Assembly: GCF_036321535.1 (NCBI RefSeq)
Contig: NC_087438.1
Coordinates: forward strand, 5,768,001-5,832,000
Origin: Camelus dromedarius
Lineage: Eukaryota
Reading direction: 5' to 3'
Length of the DNA: 64,000 nucleotides
The first letter of the stretch is position 1, and each line of letters starts with the position of its first letter. A program made the position numbers and the translations under genes. The notes below the pieces were generated by a model that was not told where the DNA came from, ran no database searches, and was given only the letters and a program-made list of their open reading frames with translations. Shown here one piece after another: positions 38,484 to 49,835 of the stretch.

Positions 38484-41400
38484 GAACAACTAGACTCATT
38501 CCTGAAGCTGAGGTCAAGCCTCTTATCAGAAAGAAGAAATTTTTAGTTACTTTTACTCGGTTTGCAAATTTCAAGAAAAGAACATGAAGTTTCTTTTGGA
38601 GACAAAATTTTTCTCCTTTGTGAGAATACAGGGGAATCGCACTTCAATCTCAAGAATTTCAGTTAGAAACAAAAAAATTTCAGTTAGAAACAGTTAATTG
38701 AAAGATCTCTTAATAAGCCACCAGCATAATCTGGATTAGAGGCTGCGTCTTTCATTGTTAACAGAAATAGGTGGTAAATTCCACAATCAAAGCTAGAATG
38801 TAAGAAGTATCTCACGGCTTGTGCTCAAATGGGATTACTTCTTGCCCAAGATGCCACGGTCACATGCGTATTTTATAAGAGGGACATTTAATACTACGTC
38901 CCAAATGCAGAATGTGGGTGCTCCAAGGCAAGGGGCTTTAAGATTTTGCAAATTGATGAAGATGGAGAGGAAGTTCCTTTCTACTCCCACTAAATATGAA
39001 AAAAGATAACTTCCTGCCAGAGTCGTTCCATACAGGGGAACCTCGAGAAGGAAGCTGAGAAAACGGGGGAGGAGAGAAGACACGGAGGGAGAGGTGGGGA
39101 CTAGGACAAGACTGCTCCTGAGTGGCGAAGAAATTCAATGAGCCAGGTTTCAAGTCAGAGCTGCTCTGAGCTGCTGAATGGGCTGAACACAAAGTTTTAT
39201 CATTCTATCTTTCTTCACATGACCCAGTGGCTTATTAAACATGCGCTGGGTTGGGAGTGAGATCTGGGAGTGAAGGGGAGAGGGGAGAAAGGGAGATTGC
39301 AAGAATAAACAAGAGAGCTGAGAGAGCCCTAATGAGTTGAGTTGAATTTACATGTAATGTTGGCAGCCACCATTGTGGTTACCAATTGTTTTTCTATGAA
39401 AAAAAATCTCAATTTTCCTGACACCTGAAATCTCAGAATTTATCACTTCTTTAGCCTAAGATTTGTACAGTAGGAAGGAGCAACATGTTAATCAGTGGGT
39501 TCATTTTCTGAGGTGATTTTATTTGTTTTAAGTCCTGATGGCTCAGAAGGGCTGAAGGAATGAAATACCGTTTCGGTGAGGGAGTCGGCTGGGACTTCAG
39601 GGACAGCTGTGGAAAGCAGAGGTGAGGGCATGATTGGGACCATCCCTAAGCCTCATATGTACTACTTCCTCGGTCCTGACTCTAAGGAGAAGCGGGAGGC
39701 TTAATCAAGATATAAGGTTACAGACCAGCTCTGAGGGAAAACACCAAACCGGCCTCACACCCACTGCTTTAACGCCTTCAATACACCTAGCAGAGGCCTT
39801 ACAGAGCCTCCCCCCAAGAGGACTCCATTTCCTACCCCAATGTGAAAACTGGTGCAAGTAAACCCTACCAAGGTGAGCGAATGGTCCCTTACAATAATGG
39901 TCATCTCAAAGGGCAAAGCACCTCATTAACCTGGCTCCTTAAGGAGAGTAAACCATGGAACATCTAAGAAAAGAGGCACAGAATTAAGAAATTAAATAGC
40001 AATAATTACTAGCTCCTGTAACCTAAAGACGCCACAAGGGACACTTAATGTCCTTTATAGAATCCATGTTACGGAAGGTGAGGAATTCTAAGGAAGCCCA
40101 ACCTGCAAAGAACAATTTAATAGCCTAATAAACATCCCGAAGGAAAAGATGTAAAATGGAAGCAAGTTATTTCCCTATGAAAACAGCGTAAAATGACCAC
40201 TGAATGTGTTAGACTTCGGTAATTTAACCATTTAGGACTTCTCCCAGTGTAACTGCATAACCAACTCTCTAAAACGCCCTGTTTGAAATGCCTTCTCAAA
40301 CAAATCATTTGAAAAGGGGTGCAATTTATTTACCTACAAATCCTCAGGCAACGGAATCCATGATTAGCAACTGAGTCACTGTTACAAGTCGTTTTGGGAA
40401 ATTAAAAGTTTTCATCACTTTTTGCATGATTTACTCTCCTTTTCCTTAAGAGCAGCTCCATATTTTCCTGTAATAGTGACACATTTTTTGAAATAACATA
40501 GTTTTTTGAAAAATTAATAGAATGGCAGTAAGTAAGGTTCAGTCTGAATCCTGAATTAACCTCCCTCATTTTACAGTCTAAAGTTGGCACTGTCTGCTGT
40601 AACAGACAGATGAAGAGACTGGTTTTCAGAGGCTGGAGGTGATGGTGTTTTCCCAGGAGGTTCACGGGGTGGGATGTGAGAGAGGAGGAGAAAGAAAAAG
40701 AAGAGTGTCTGCTTTTCTGGCGAGTCTTAGCCCTGTCAGACAGGCCACCAGCCCATCTGGGGACCTCTAGGGGCGATGCTCCTCTTCCTCACCATGTCTG
40801 CTTCCCACTAGGCATCTGGGTCCATCCACAGAGAACGTGTACGTCCCTCCCAACAATGACCCGCTGGGCATGGAGCAAAACAAGAAGGCGGAGCTGCCAC
40901 TCTGGGTGGGAGAGCCCATCGGGACCCGGTGCGCGCCCTCCTGGGACGGTCGGCGTGGCTTGGCTGGTGCTGCTGTCCCTGCAGGCTCTTATTCCAATAG
41001 GAAATCCCTCTGCTGAGGGGCTGGGGTCAGGAGTGAGTGGGGGGAACAGGGGAGAGGATCATGTGGTAGGCGCAGGTTCCTACAAGTCGTGGAAGTTTCC
41101 TCTGTGGAGGTTTAAAAAAAAACAAACAAAAGCTCAGGGAAGGCAAAGAAAGGAGTTGGGGTGCACAGTTAGGGGCCGCACGGCACAAATGAGGGAGCCC
41201 CTGGGAAAGGTCAAGGGGAAAGTCATCTTTAGCAAATAGACTTTAAGCTCTTTTTTCATCTTTGGCAATTTAACTCTCCCTCCCCAATGAGCTGGGGCTG
41301 ACACGCCCTGTATGATGTGGCCGTGTCACTGGCGGCCTCCTCAAAGGAAGCTCCTTTTGAAATTGCAGGATCATCATGAGAGAAACTGTGGTCCGAGGGT

Positions 41401-41994
41401 TGCATGCAGCAGTGTGATGAAGGCGTCCCACAGGGGTGCCCAAGAGACAACTGCATGCATCTCTGTGTGCAGCCTGGGCTCAGTCATGTCATGCTGGTGG
41501 CTTGAGAATGAGTGCAGTGGGAGTGTTTACACAACAGAAACAGGAAACCACTGAACATCGACTCTGTCTTTCTACCTCTCTCTTTTGCTGCTTTTCCCCC
41601 CAGAGAGCCCGTTTACAAGCATACCACTGGTGGTGTGTCCTTACTTCCTTATTCATTGTGAAGAAGCTGGTGGCCTTCAGGTAAACAGTGTTGGATATGG
41701 GGCACAGGACAGACAACCAAAGAGCAGCAGCGAAGTGAACAGTCTGGGAGCAGTTGTAAGACAAGAACCAGGGGTGGAGGAGCTCCTCCAGGGGGAAAGG
41801 AGATGCCTCACGATGAGCTGCACAAGACCGAAGCAGAGATGGGGGGGAGGGACTTTGGGGTAGAGAAGACGGCAGGACCACCTGGGCATGGTGAATCACG
41901 GGAAGAAAACAGAAGCCAGTGCAAGACAGAAAAGCCAGCTGACTTGGTGTCTTTCATGATAGAGATTCCACTCAAAGGTGCTCTTCCTGAACGA

Positions 41995-42130
41995 GATATC
42001 AACATGTATTGAGCACCCATCATGGGCCAGGTATTCTGCAATGTGTTGGGAACAGGATGGTAGCGCACGTAATCTCCACCTTCATGGAACCAGTCATCAA
42101 GCAGGAGGGAAACAGGTAATAAAATACTTA
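41995..42130 (-). mobile_element. L2 3' end
   Basis: caacatgtattgagcacccatcatgggccaggtattctgc...ccttcatggaac. Confidence 0.6.
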
Positions 42131-42344
42131 GTTATAAATGACTTAAAAACTACAAAGACACAACAGATCCTCATGAAACGTCCACCAACTTCCTCACCAC
42201 CCGCAGCTCCTCATCATTTAGCTCCAAGTATGCAGAGGTTGGAGATAGGCTCACGTAGTGGAGACCCAGGAGAAGACTCTGAGAGAAACTGCCTTGTAGC
42301 CTGGCTCAGCCAGACCCGGCCATGTCTCTTTGGCAAGCCCACGT

Positions 42345-42490
42345 TCACATCCAGCTCCTATTCTTAAAAATGGGTCTAACAATATCTACTTTGCAGAATT
42401 GTTGTGAAAATAAAAGCAAATGAATGGGATGTACCCTGTAGGGCACCTGAGATACATTAGTGACTCAATAAACCACAGCTCCATTGTTAG
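42345..42490 (+). mobile_element. MIR 3' half
   Basis: taaaaatgggtctaacaatatctactttgcagaattgttgtgaaaataaa...cacctgagatacattagtgactcaataaa. Confidence 0.65.
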
Positions 42491-44684
42491 TTTAGAACAG
42501 TTTTTCCCTGTCCCGCTAATGTCTTGTGACCTATTGTCTTTAGTGACAGAGACGAAGGACGAGGAACTGATAAAAACGGGCTAGGATCTAGGGGCTATCT
42601 GCTCAAACGATTTAAGCCAACGTTGAGGTCTGGTCTAGGCAAGAGGACTTGTGCTTTAATCAAAGTGTATTTTCAGGAAGAACTCCCTGATTATTAGGGC
42701 AGATAGCTGACTTTCTGTTGGTTAATATTGGAAAGAAGACAATAGGTATTTACTTTCCTGCATGATTTTATAACTGAGCCTGATAAGTCTTTAAAGACTT
42801 TTCTGGAATTACAACACAAAGTTAAGACCTTATTTAAGATCTTTAACATCCGTTCCCGGACATGCTGACTGTGCCAGGAGCGGCTCACTGACCTGAATGA
42901 ATGTTTTATTAAAACTGTCCCCAGCCACCTTGTTGGAGGAAATTGTGCCTAAGGAAGCATGGTTTTATACGCTTTCTTATGAAGTCGTGAAAGGAACAAA
43001 GGATGATATATGGGGCACAAATCAAAAGTTCATGAGAAAAAGTCCAGGAGTCAGGTCTCACCTTTTAGATGCTGTGAAGAGGTAGGAGTTAGAACATGTA
43101 AAATTATGTTTCTTCCCCTCTAACGTAGCTTTTTTTTTTTGTTGTTCCTGTGTAATGCTTCCTTCTTAATATGTTCATAGTTATCATACTGATTTCTAAA
43201 ACTGATTTATTAAAATCTTTCTGTAAATCTCAGACCCCAGTGGTTACTGCAGAGGACTTGTTTGAAAACACAGGTGAGACCTCCCTGATGATCCCCAGAT
43301 ACACTTGGTGGAGACTTTGTGAAGTCCTTAAACAACATTGCCAAACATCTACATGTCTATATCTTTACTTCCAAATTCATAACATATTGTACAAATTATG
43401 CTTTATTTTTGCTAAACATTTCACACGAACATTGGCATATGTATTAAACGACCCTGAATATTCCAAAAAAGCAAACAAACCACGTTGTTATGACTTGCTA
43501 GTCATTGGACTCCACCCCTCTCAAGACCCACAGAACTACAAGACTGACCCGTTGGCTGAGGGCTGACCAGCTCTAGAGTCAGCCTGACCAGGGTCAGCAG
43601 GATGCCAGGGACCCCACGGGCCCTGGAAATAGCCACAGTGCCCCGAGTGCGGGGCCCAGCATGACCCCGGCGAGCGCTGTGTCCCGACATGCCACCCAGC
43701 TGTGCTTCCCCTCTTATCCTGGAGACATTTTCCAATTCACCCATTTGATCAATGGAGCTTATGCTGCGGTTTCCTGATGAACACATTACACCCCCGGCAG
43801 CTGAAGGAGCCCATCCTGACCGGCAGCCCATTCATTCTCCTGCTCAGCTCTTAAGAGCGCTCCTGCTGGGCTCCAGACCCACATTCCAAACCCCCTGGGG
43901 TTGAACTCCAATCCAGAAGAGCCTTGTACCGCTGACCCTCTGGCTCTTCCTGAAGAAGTCTCCGGCTGTACCCTCTCTGAACATCGCCCTGCGGGCACTC
44001 TGCAGTGGGCCAATATTCTTGCCTTTCCTCACTCAGGCTCCTCTAGGCCCAGCACAACCTCCTTCCAGACCCCCCTTCTCTCCTGGCTCATGCTGCTGGG
44101 TCTCGGCATCCTTAGAGTGAAGCCCACCCTGGTCAGGGCGCAGGACTCGGTCCCTGGAGGCAGAGGCTGGGCAGCTGCACAGGTACCCAGGGAGGGCGCG
44201 CATGGCTTTGATGGACTGCATCCCGAGGCAGCAGACAGGGGCAACAGCGAGAAACATGGCAGGAGGTGCCCCTTGCCCCACACCTGTCCTCCCGTGTGCC
44301 TTTTCGTCGGTCCCTCCCACCTCATCAGTAACTGTATCCCCAGGGGCCTTGGCAGGGCCGCTGCCTTTGCATCCTACCCCGTCGCTCTTTACTTCCAGCA
44401 AGCCAACCCCCAGCAGGCCACTCAGGGGCCGCTCTGGGAAGCGGCCTGGCTGCAGGTCTCACGTCTCTCACCAGACAGCCTCCTTAGCCTGTTGCCGCCT
44501 GTGCCTCCCTGTCAGGGCCCTCTTCCTACATGTGGCCAAGTCACCTTCCATCAAAATCAGACCGTGCTCCTCCTTGGTGGAAACCTTCAGTTGCTGAGCC
44601 ACTGAGATCTAAACTCCTCTGCGGGCCCACAAGCACCTTTACCCTCACAGTTTGTTCCCAGTCTGCACCATGGCCTGCCATCCC

Positions 44685-45050
44685 ATTGTTAGATTTCTAA
44701 CAAGAACAGTGACTCAAATGACAAAGATAACTCTTGCCTGTAAGAAAACTCAGAGGCAGGCAACCCAGAGGTGGAAGTGTGATTCTGTTTCATGAAATGC
44801 TTGGAGAGTCAAGCTCCTTCTCACTGCTCTGCTAGGCCTCACCCTCATGCTCCAAGGTAACGGCTACAGCTCGAGCTTTCACATCTGCATTCCAGGCAGA
44901 AGGATGGAGAAAGGGATAAAGAAAGGGTACAGGACTCAGGTTGGCTGTCTTTTAAGGGAGTTTCCAAAAACTGGTATATAAGCTTCATCAGACAGGGAGG
45001 CTGGCAGTTCTGGACATTATTCTGGGATTTCTGTTGCTACAGAATAAGTG
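44685..45050 (-). mobile_element. MaLR LTR (MLT1J-like)
   Basis: cagaggcaggcaacccag...gctccttctcactgctctgct...cacatctgcattccaggcagaaggatggagaaaggg. Confidence 0.65.
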
Positions 45051-45732
45051 GGACAGAGAGCAATTGTGGCCACGCCCACAAACCTTCAACCACTGAACTT
45101 GTTACCACGCCCCCAAATTCGACACCCTTTGTGCGTCTCATCTTTGCCAGCACCAATATCTCCTTCTGGAATTTTCCTTTCTTCCTTTTTGGCCTAAAAA
45201 AATAAATCCTTTCATCCTTCATGAGGACTCAGCTCATATTTTCCCTCTTTAGTTAGCATTTGCTACATTTCAGATGCTGTTCTAAGAACGGTGCGCACAT
45301 TAATTCACTTCTCACGGCTCCCTCATCAGCCCCGTTGACAGAAGATGCAAAGGAGTCACGAAGAGGCTACAAAGGTTGTGCAATGTCACAGAGCCGGTCC
45401 CTTGCCCACCACACCTCACTGCTTCTCTTTCAGTCACACCCTCCTCAGTGGTCCCTCAGCACCTGTGGGGCTCCTGTGACTGTGGCAGTGACAGCATTCG
45501 CCTTCTGCACTACACTTCACTTGGGTGCCACTAACCTGCAAGTTACTGAGTGAAGATATATATATACACACACATAAGTTTTACCTCCAGTGCCCAGCCC
45601 AGTGTTCAAACAGTTGTATACTGTAGAAATTATTTCCTTTATTTCTTGATAGGACTGTAAACAACCTGGTTCACCTAGATATTCCTAGAGCTGCCGTGGA
45701 GAAGTACAGACAAATGTCTGGCTTGCACACAA

Positions 45733-45771
45733 GTGTGTGTGTATGTGTGTGTGCGTGCATGCGTGTGTGTT
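45733..45771 (+). repeat. Imperfect (TG)n microsatellite
   Basis: gtgtgtgtgtatgtgtgtgtgcgtgcatgcgtgtgtgt visible directly. Confidence 0.85.
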
Positions 45772-46559
45772 TATGTCCAGGGAATGAAACAGCAGTCTAG
45801 GAAGATGCAAGAGGAACTTCCTAGAATGACGTGGACCCTGTGACAGAGCTGTGTGCAGGAAGGGAAAAGGACTTCTCAATCCAGGGGAAGAACAGGGGTC
45901 GGAAACCGCCTACCCCTAACTTCCTGCTGGGTGGGCCCGCTGTGCTAGCTGCTGGGTCCCAGAAATGAGCAGGGTCACAGCCAAGACAAGAGAGGCCAGT
46001 GAATCCAACAGAAACAACAGGGCATGCAGGGAGAAGTTAGCACACCCGTGGGAAAGCCTGCGAGGGAGGCGTCAACTCTAAGAGATGACATCCGCCCGGG
46101 GCTTCAGATGGAGCACCAGTGAGGGCTTCGGACTGTGGTCAACACAATCCCGCTCTGGCCAAGAAACAAAACAAAACAAAGAGGAATGTACAGGAAGGCT
46201 GTGAGAACACAGAAGGTGCAAGTGGAGCAGCCATGTTCCTGAGAGACCCGGGAGCCCCTGCCAGGCTGAGCGCTCAGCCACGAGGGAGAGTAGAGCGGTG
46301 TGTCCGCGAGGCGCCAGCACCAGGTGCGTTAGCTGTGGGGGTGACTAGCGTCTGTGCCTACGATTCTCTGCTCAAGGACGCTGAGTGGTGGGCCTGCCTT
46401 GAGCACCGCCCTTGGCAAGGAAGGGCATCTCACCTTGACTGACCATCACCCAAACTGCACACAACTGTAGCCGTCTAGTGTCCAGAGCAAAATTGGGCTG
46501 ATCTTCTCTAAAGAATTGAGGGTGCATTTTAGCCAGGGGGACACGTCTGCTATTCACTA

Positions 46560-46975
46560 GGGATGGGAAAGATTTCTGCCGACCAGTGAGCAGGATGTTA
46601 TTCTAGCAACAGGAGAGCAATGTGCAAAGAAACAGAGATGAGAAACCGCAGGTGACAGGAAGGGGATGGTAAGCAGACCAGCTTGGCCAAAGCCAGAAGG
46701 TGATGGGGCTGAAGTAGTAATTGGGTCAGAATCCGGAAACCACCTGAATTCTACACAAATAAGTTAGATGCAACTACATAAGCAGAGAGAAGTCACTAAG
46801 GGAATCTGACGTGCAGTGGTTCAAGGTTATTTTGAAAGATCTTTCAAAATAGAACCAAGCGATGTAGGGCTGGTAACAGGAAGATCAATTAGGAAGCCAC
46901 TGCATTGCTCAAGAGAGATGTAATATGGACTTAAGACAAGTTAGTGTCAATGGGAGATGACACTGAAAATAACTG
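46560..46975 (-). mobile_element. L2 fragment
   Basis: attctagcaacaggagagcaatgtgcaaagaaacagag...gaagatcaattaggaagccactgcattgctcaagagagatg. Confidence 0.65.
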
Positions 46976-47524
46976 TCTTTTTGAAGGGGGAATTTAAAAT
47001 TGTTATCTTCTCAAGTGAAGCCACTCCTCTGTTGCCCAAATTCAGAGCTGCCTCATCCAGCCACACAGTCTGTGCCTGGCCAGGAAATGAATGGCTCCCC
47101 TAAAGCCATGGGACAGGGCAGCCTTGCTCAGAGGGTCTGAAATACGCAGGTGAATAAAGACCCACCACTTTCTCACAGAGACCTCCAGCAAGAGGAGAAG
47201 TCAAAAAGTCCCAGCAAAACAAGGAGTGGAAACAAACAAACAAAAATATACTGGAAACAGGCAAGGAGGGACCAGCAAACGAGGGACAAATGAAGTTATA
47301 AGAAGGATTTTACACTCTGAGGATGATGGATCTTGAGCTACAGATAGGAGGAGAGATGGACTGTCAGAGGCAGAGCAGCTGCAGAAAGAGGAAATCAGTT
47401 GTGCATGTTTAATTTAACAGTTCAGGAAATCCAGTTACGATTTTCACCCAAGCATAGTGGCGTGCCTTGCTATTCTCAAGAAATTATTTCCTTTTAAAAG
47501 TTCCCGTGGCTTGACTGTATCACT

Positions 47525-47988
47525 GTGGGATGGCGACCCTCCAGCCATTCTCAGTCTGTTTCTCCCATCCCTGCTTCCAATCACTGCAGCCAGTGAGCCA
47601 GGCATCTTCCCTGCCAACACCCTGCTGCTAGGAATGTGAGGCCCAGCCACATGGATCTGACGGCCAGTCCTCTGGGGGCTTGTGGGAAAGACGTCTCCTT
47701 CTCTATAAAATAGAGGAGCTGTCTCACGGCCCTGGCACACCTGCTCTCTGCCCTGGCATGCTGTTATGTGAGGACATGACACCTGGAATTGTAAAAGCCA
47801 CTTTGCCACCACGAGAGAGAAGCAGGTGAATCATAGGGACTCTGACTTCGGTGCCGTCATCGTGGGGGCTGAGTCAACTTGGAACCACCTGCCTTCTCAT
47901 TAAATAAGCAGCATATGTTCTTCTGGTTTAAGCCACTGCCAGTTGGACCTTCTGTTACCTGCAGACGAATGTATCCTGAGCTGATACA
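47525..47988 (+). mobile_element. MaLR LTR (MLT1J/K-like)
   Basis: tgtgaggacatgacacctggaattgtaaaagccactttgccacca...tttaagccactg...tctgttacctgcag...ctgataca terminus. Confidence 0.75.
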
Positions 47989-48219
47989 GCCCCAAATGAA
48001 GGGTATAAACTATGCACTGCTGGTGTCGCAAGTACTTGAATTTGTACTGGTCTTATCCACCCCCTGATGACTGCATGGCCCCCAGGCAGTACAGGAACAT
48101 TGTGCACTGAGCCGTTCTGCACTATTACCTCCTGGAAAAAACGACGCATATTTATAGAACTGATGAATAATTATGATAATAAGTAATTATCACAACATGT
48201 TTACTAACAAAATAAACGT

Positions 48220-49835
48220 GAACTGTGAATCTATAATTAGCTACCAACAAAAATATCTTTCAAAATTTAAGGCAAAATAAAAACAAAAAAAAGAACAAAT
48301 AGAAAACAAACTTTTAGGGAAAAAAAGCTGAGAGTTATCATCAGAAGGATTTCACTGTAAGAAATACTAAAGAAAAGTTTTCAGAAAGAAAACAAATGGT
48401 ACAAGACACAAAAGAATAAAGAACACTGAAGACTGAACATAGGGATAAACGCAGGTAACATTTTTTCTTCATTTTAAAATATCTCTAAAAGATCACTGTG
48501 CAAAGCAAAAATAGTAACATTTTTAGGATGTGGGATTTGTAACACATGCACAAGTGAAATATATGAATACAATGACACAAAGAATGGAAGAAGAGAAATG
48601 GAAACATTGTGTTGTTAAGGTTTAAAACTATAGGTATAGTGTTATTTGAAAGTAGACTGTAGTCAGTTAAAATGTACATTATAATATCTGAGGAAATCAT
48701 TAAAAATAAAACTAAGAGTTAGTTAAAATACCTTCAATGGTGTTAAAATGGAATTATGAATAATGCAAGCATTATAAAAGAATTCAGAGTCAGGATAAGA
48801 GAAAAGTAGGGAAAAAAGAACATATGAATAAAATAGAAAACAAATATCAATAAAGTAAATATAAACCCAACATTTATTAAAATTATAGTAAATTTTAATG
48901 ATCTAACAGTTTAAGGAAAAGATGCTATTTTCCTATTAGATGAAAATCAAGACACAACTATATGTTTTCAACAGGAAACTCACCACAAATATAAGGACAA
49001 AAATAGGTTATAAGTACATGAATAAGAAATGTGTACCAAACACTACTCAAAAGGCAGATAGCTATATTGATTTCAGTGTAGCTTTTAGAACAAGAATTCT
49101 GAGGACTGGAAGGGACATTATCTAGGCTGGAGGGGTCAATTCAATAAGAAGATATGATAAATGTGTATGCACATCTCAGCGGGGCTTTGAAGTACGAGAA
49201 GCAAACACAGGTTGGACTGAAAAGAGAAATGGACAAACTCACAATGAGAGCTGGTGGTGTGACGCTCATTTCTCAGAAATTGACAGAACAAGTAGAAAAC
49301 CAGTGAGGATCTAAAGAACATGAACAACACTATCAACCAACTGGATCTCAATGACGTTTATAGAAAATTCCAACCAGGAACAGCAGAAGGCACATTCTTT
49401 TCAAATGCCATGGACCATATTCTGGATGACAAAGCAGGTCTAAGTAATTTTAAGTGAATAAAATAATACAAAGTTGTATAATGAATAATTAAAATTAATA
49501 ATTTTCATTTATTGGATTATTAATTATTAAAATAGAGTTCAGTAACAGAAATATCTGGAAAAAAATTCCAACATATTTGTACATTAATCATCATGCTTAT
49601 TAATAACCCTGAGGACAAAGAAGAAATCAAAATACATTGCAATTTATGTAATGTAGCGAAAGCAGTGTTTAGAGTGAAATTTACTGCCAAAAATTCTGAT
49701 TTTAGAAAAGAAGAAAAGTCTCAAGTGGATGATTTAAGTCTTTGTCCTTGAAAGATTTAGAAAGAAAAGATTAAATTAAAGCAAAAGTAAGCAGAGAAAG
49801 GTAATAATAAAAAGCAGATAAATCAATGCTTTGAA
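48220..49835 (+). mobile_element. Old L1 (ORF1 end, spacer, ORF2 endonuclease start)
   Basis: aaaaatatctttcaaaa...aaatactaaagaaaagttttcag; EN motifs gaacaacactatcaaccaactggatctcaatgacgtttatagaaaattccaaccaggaacagcagaaggcacattcttttcaa. Confidence 0.85.

Noticed and set aside
40676..41239. 187-aa ORF
   Set aside because: GTG start, no domain similarity, runs through low-complexity A-rich and GC-rich patches; consistent with chance.
43901..44605. Longest ORF (234 aa) and overlapping ORFs on both strands
   Set aside because: GC-rich, stop-poor tract with several overlapping open frames, a non-ATG start, Pro/Gly/Ala/Leu-biased composition and no recognisable domain.
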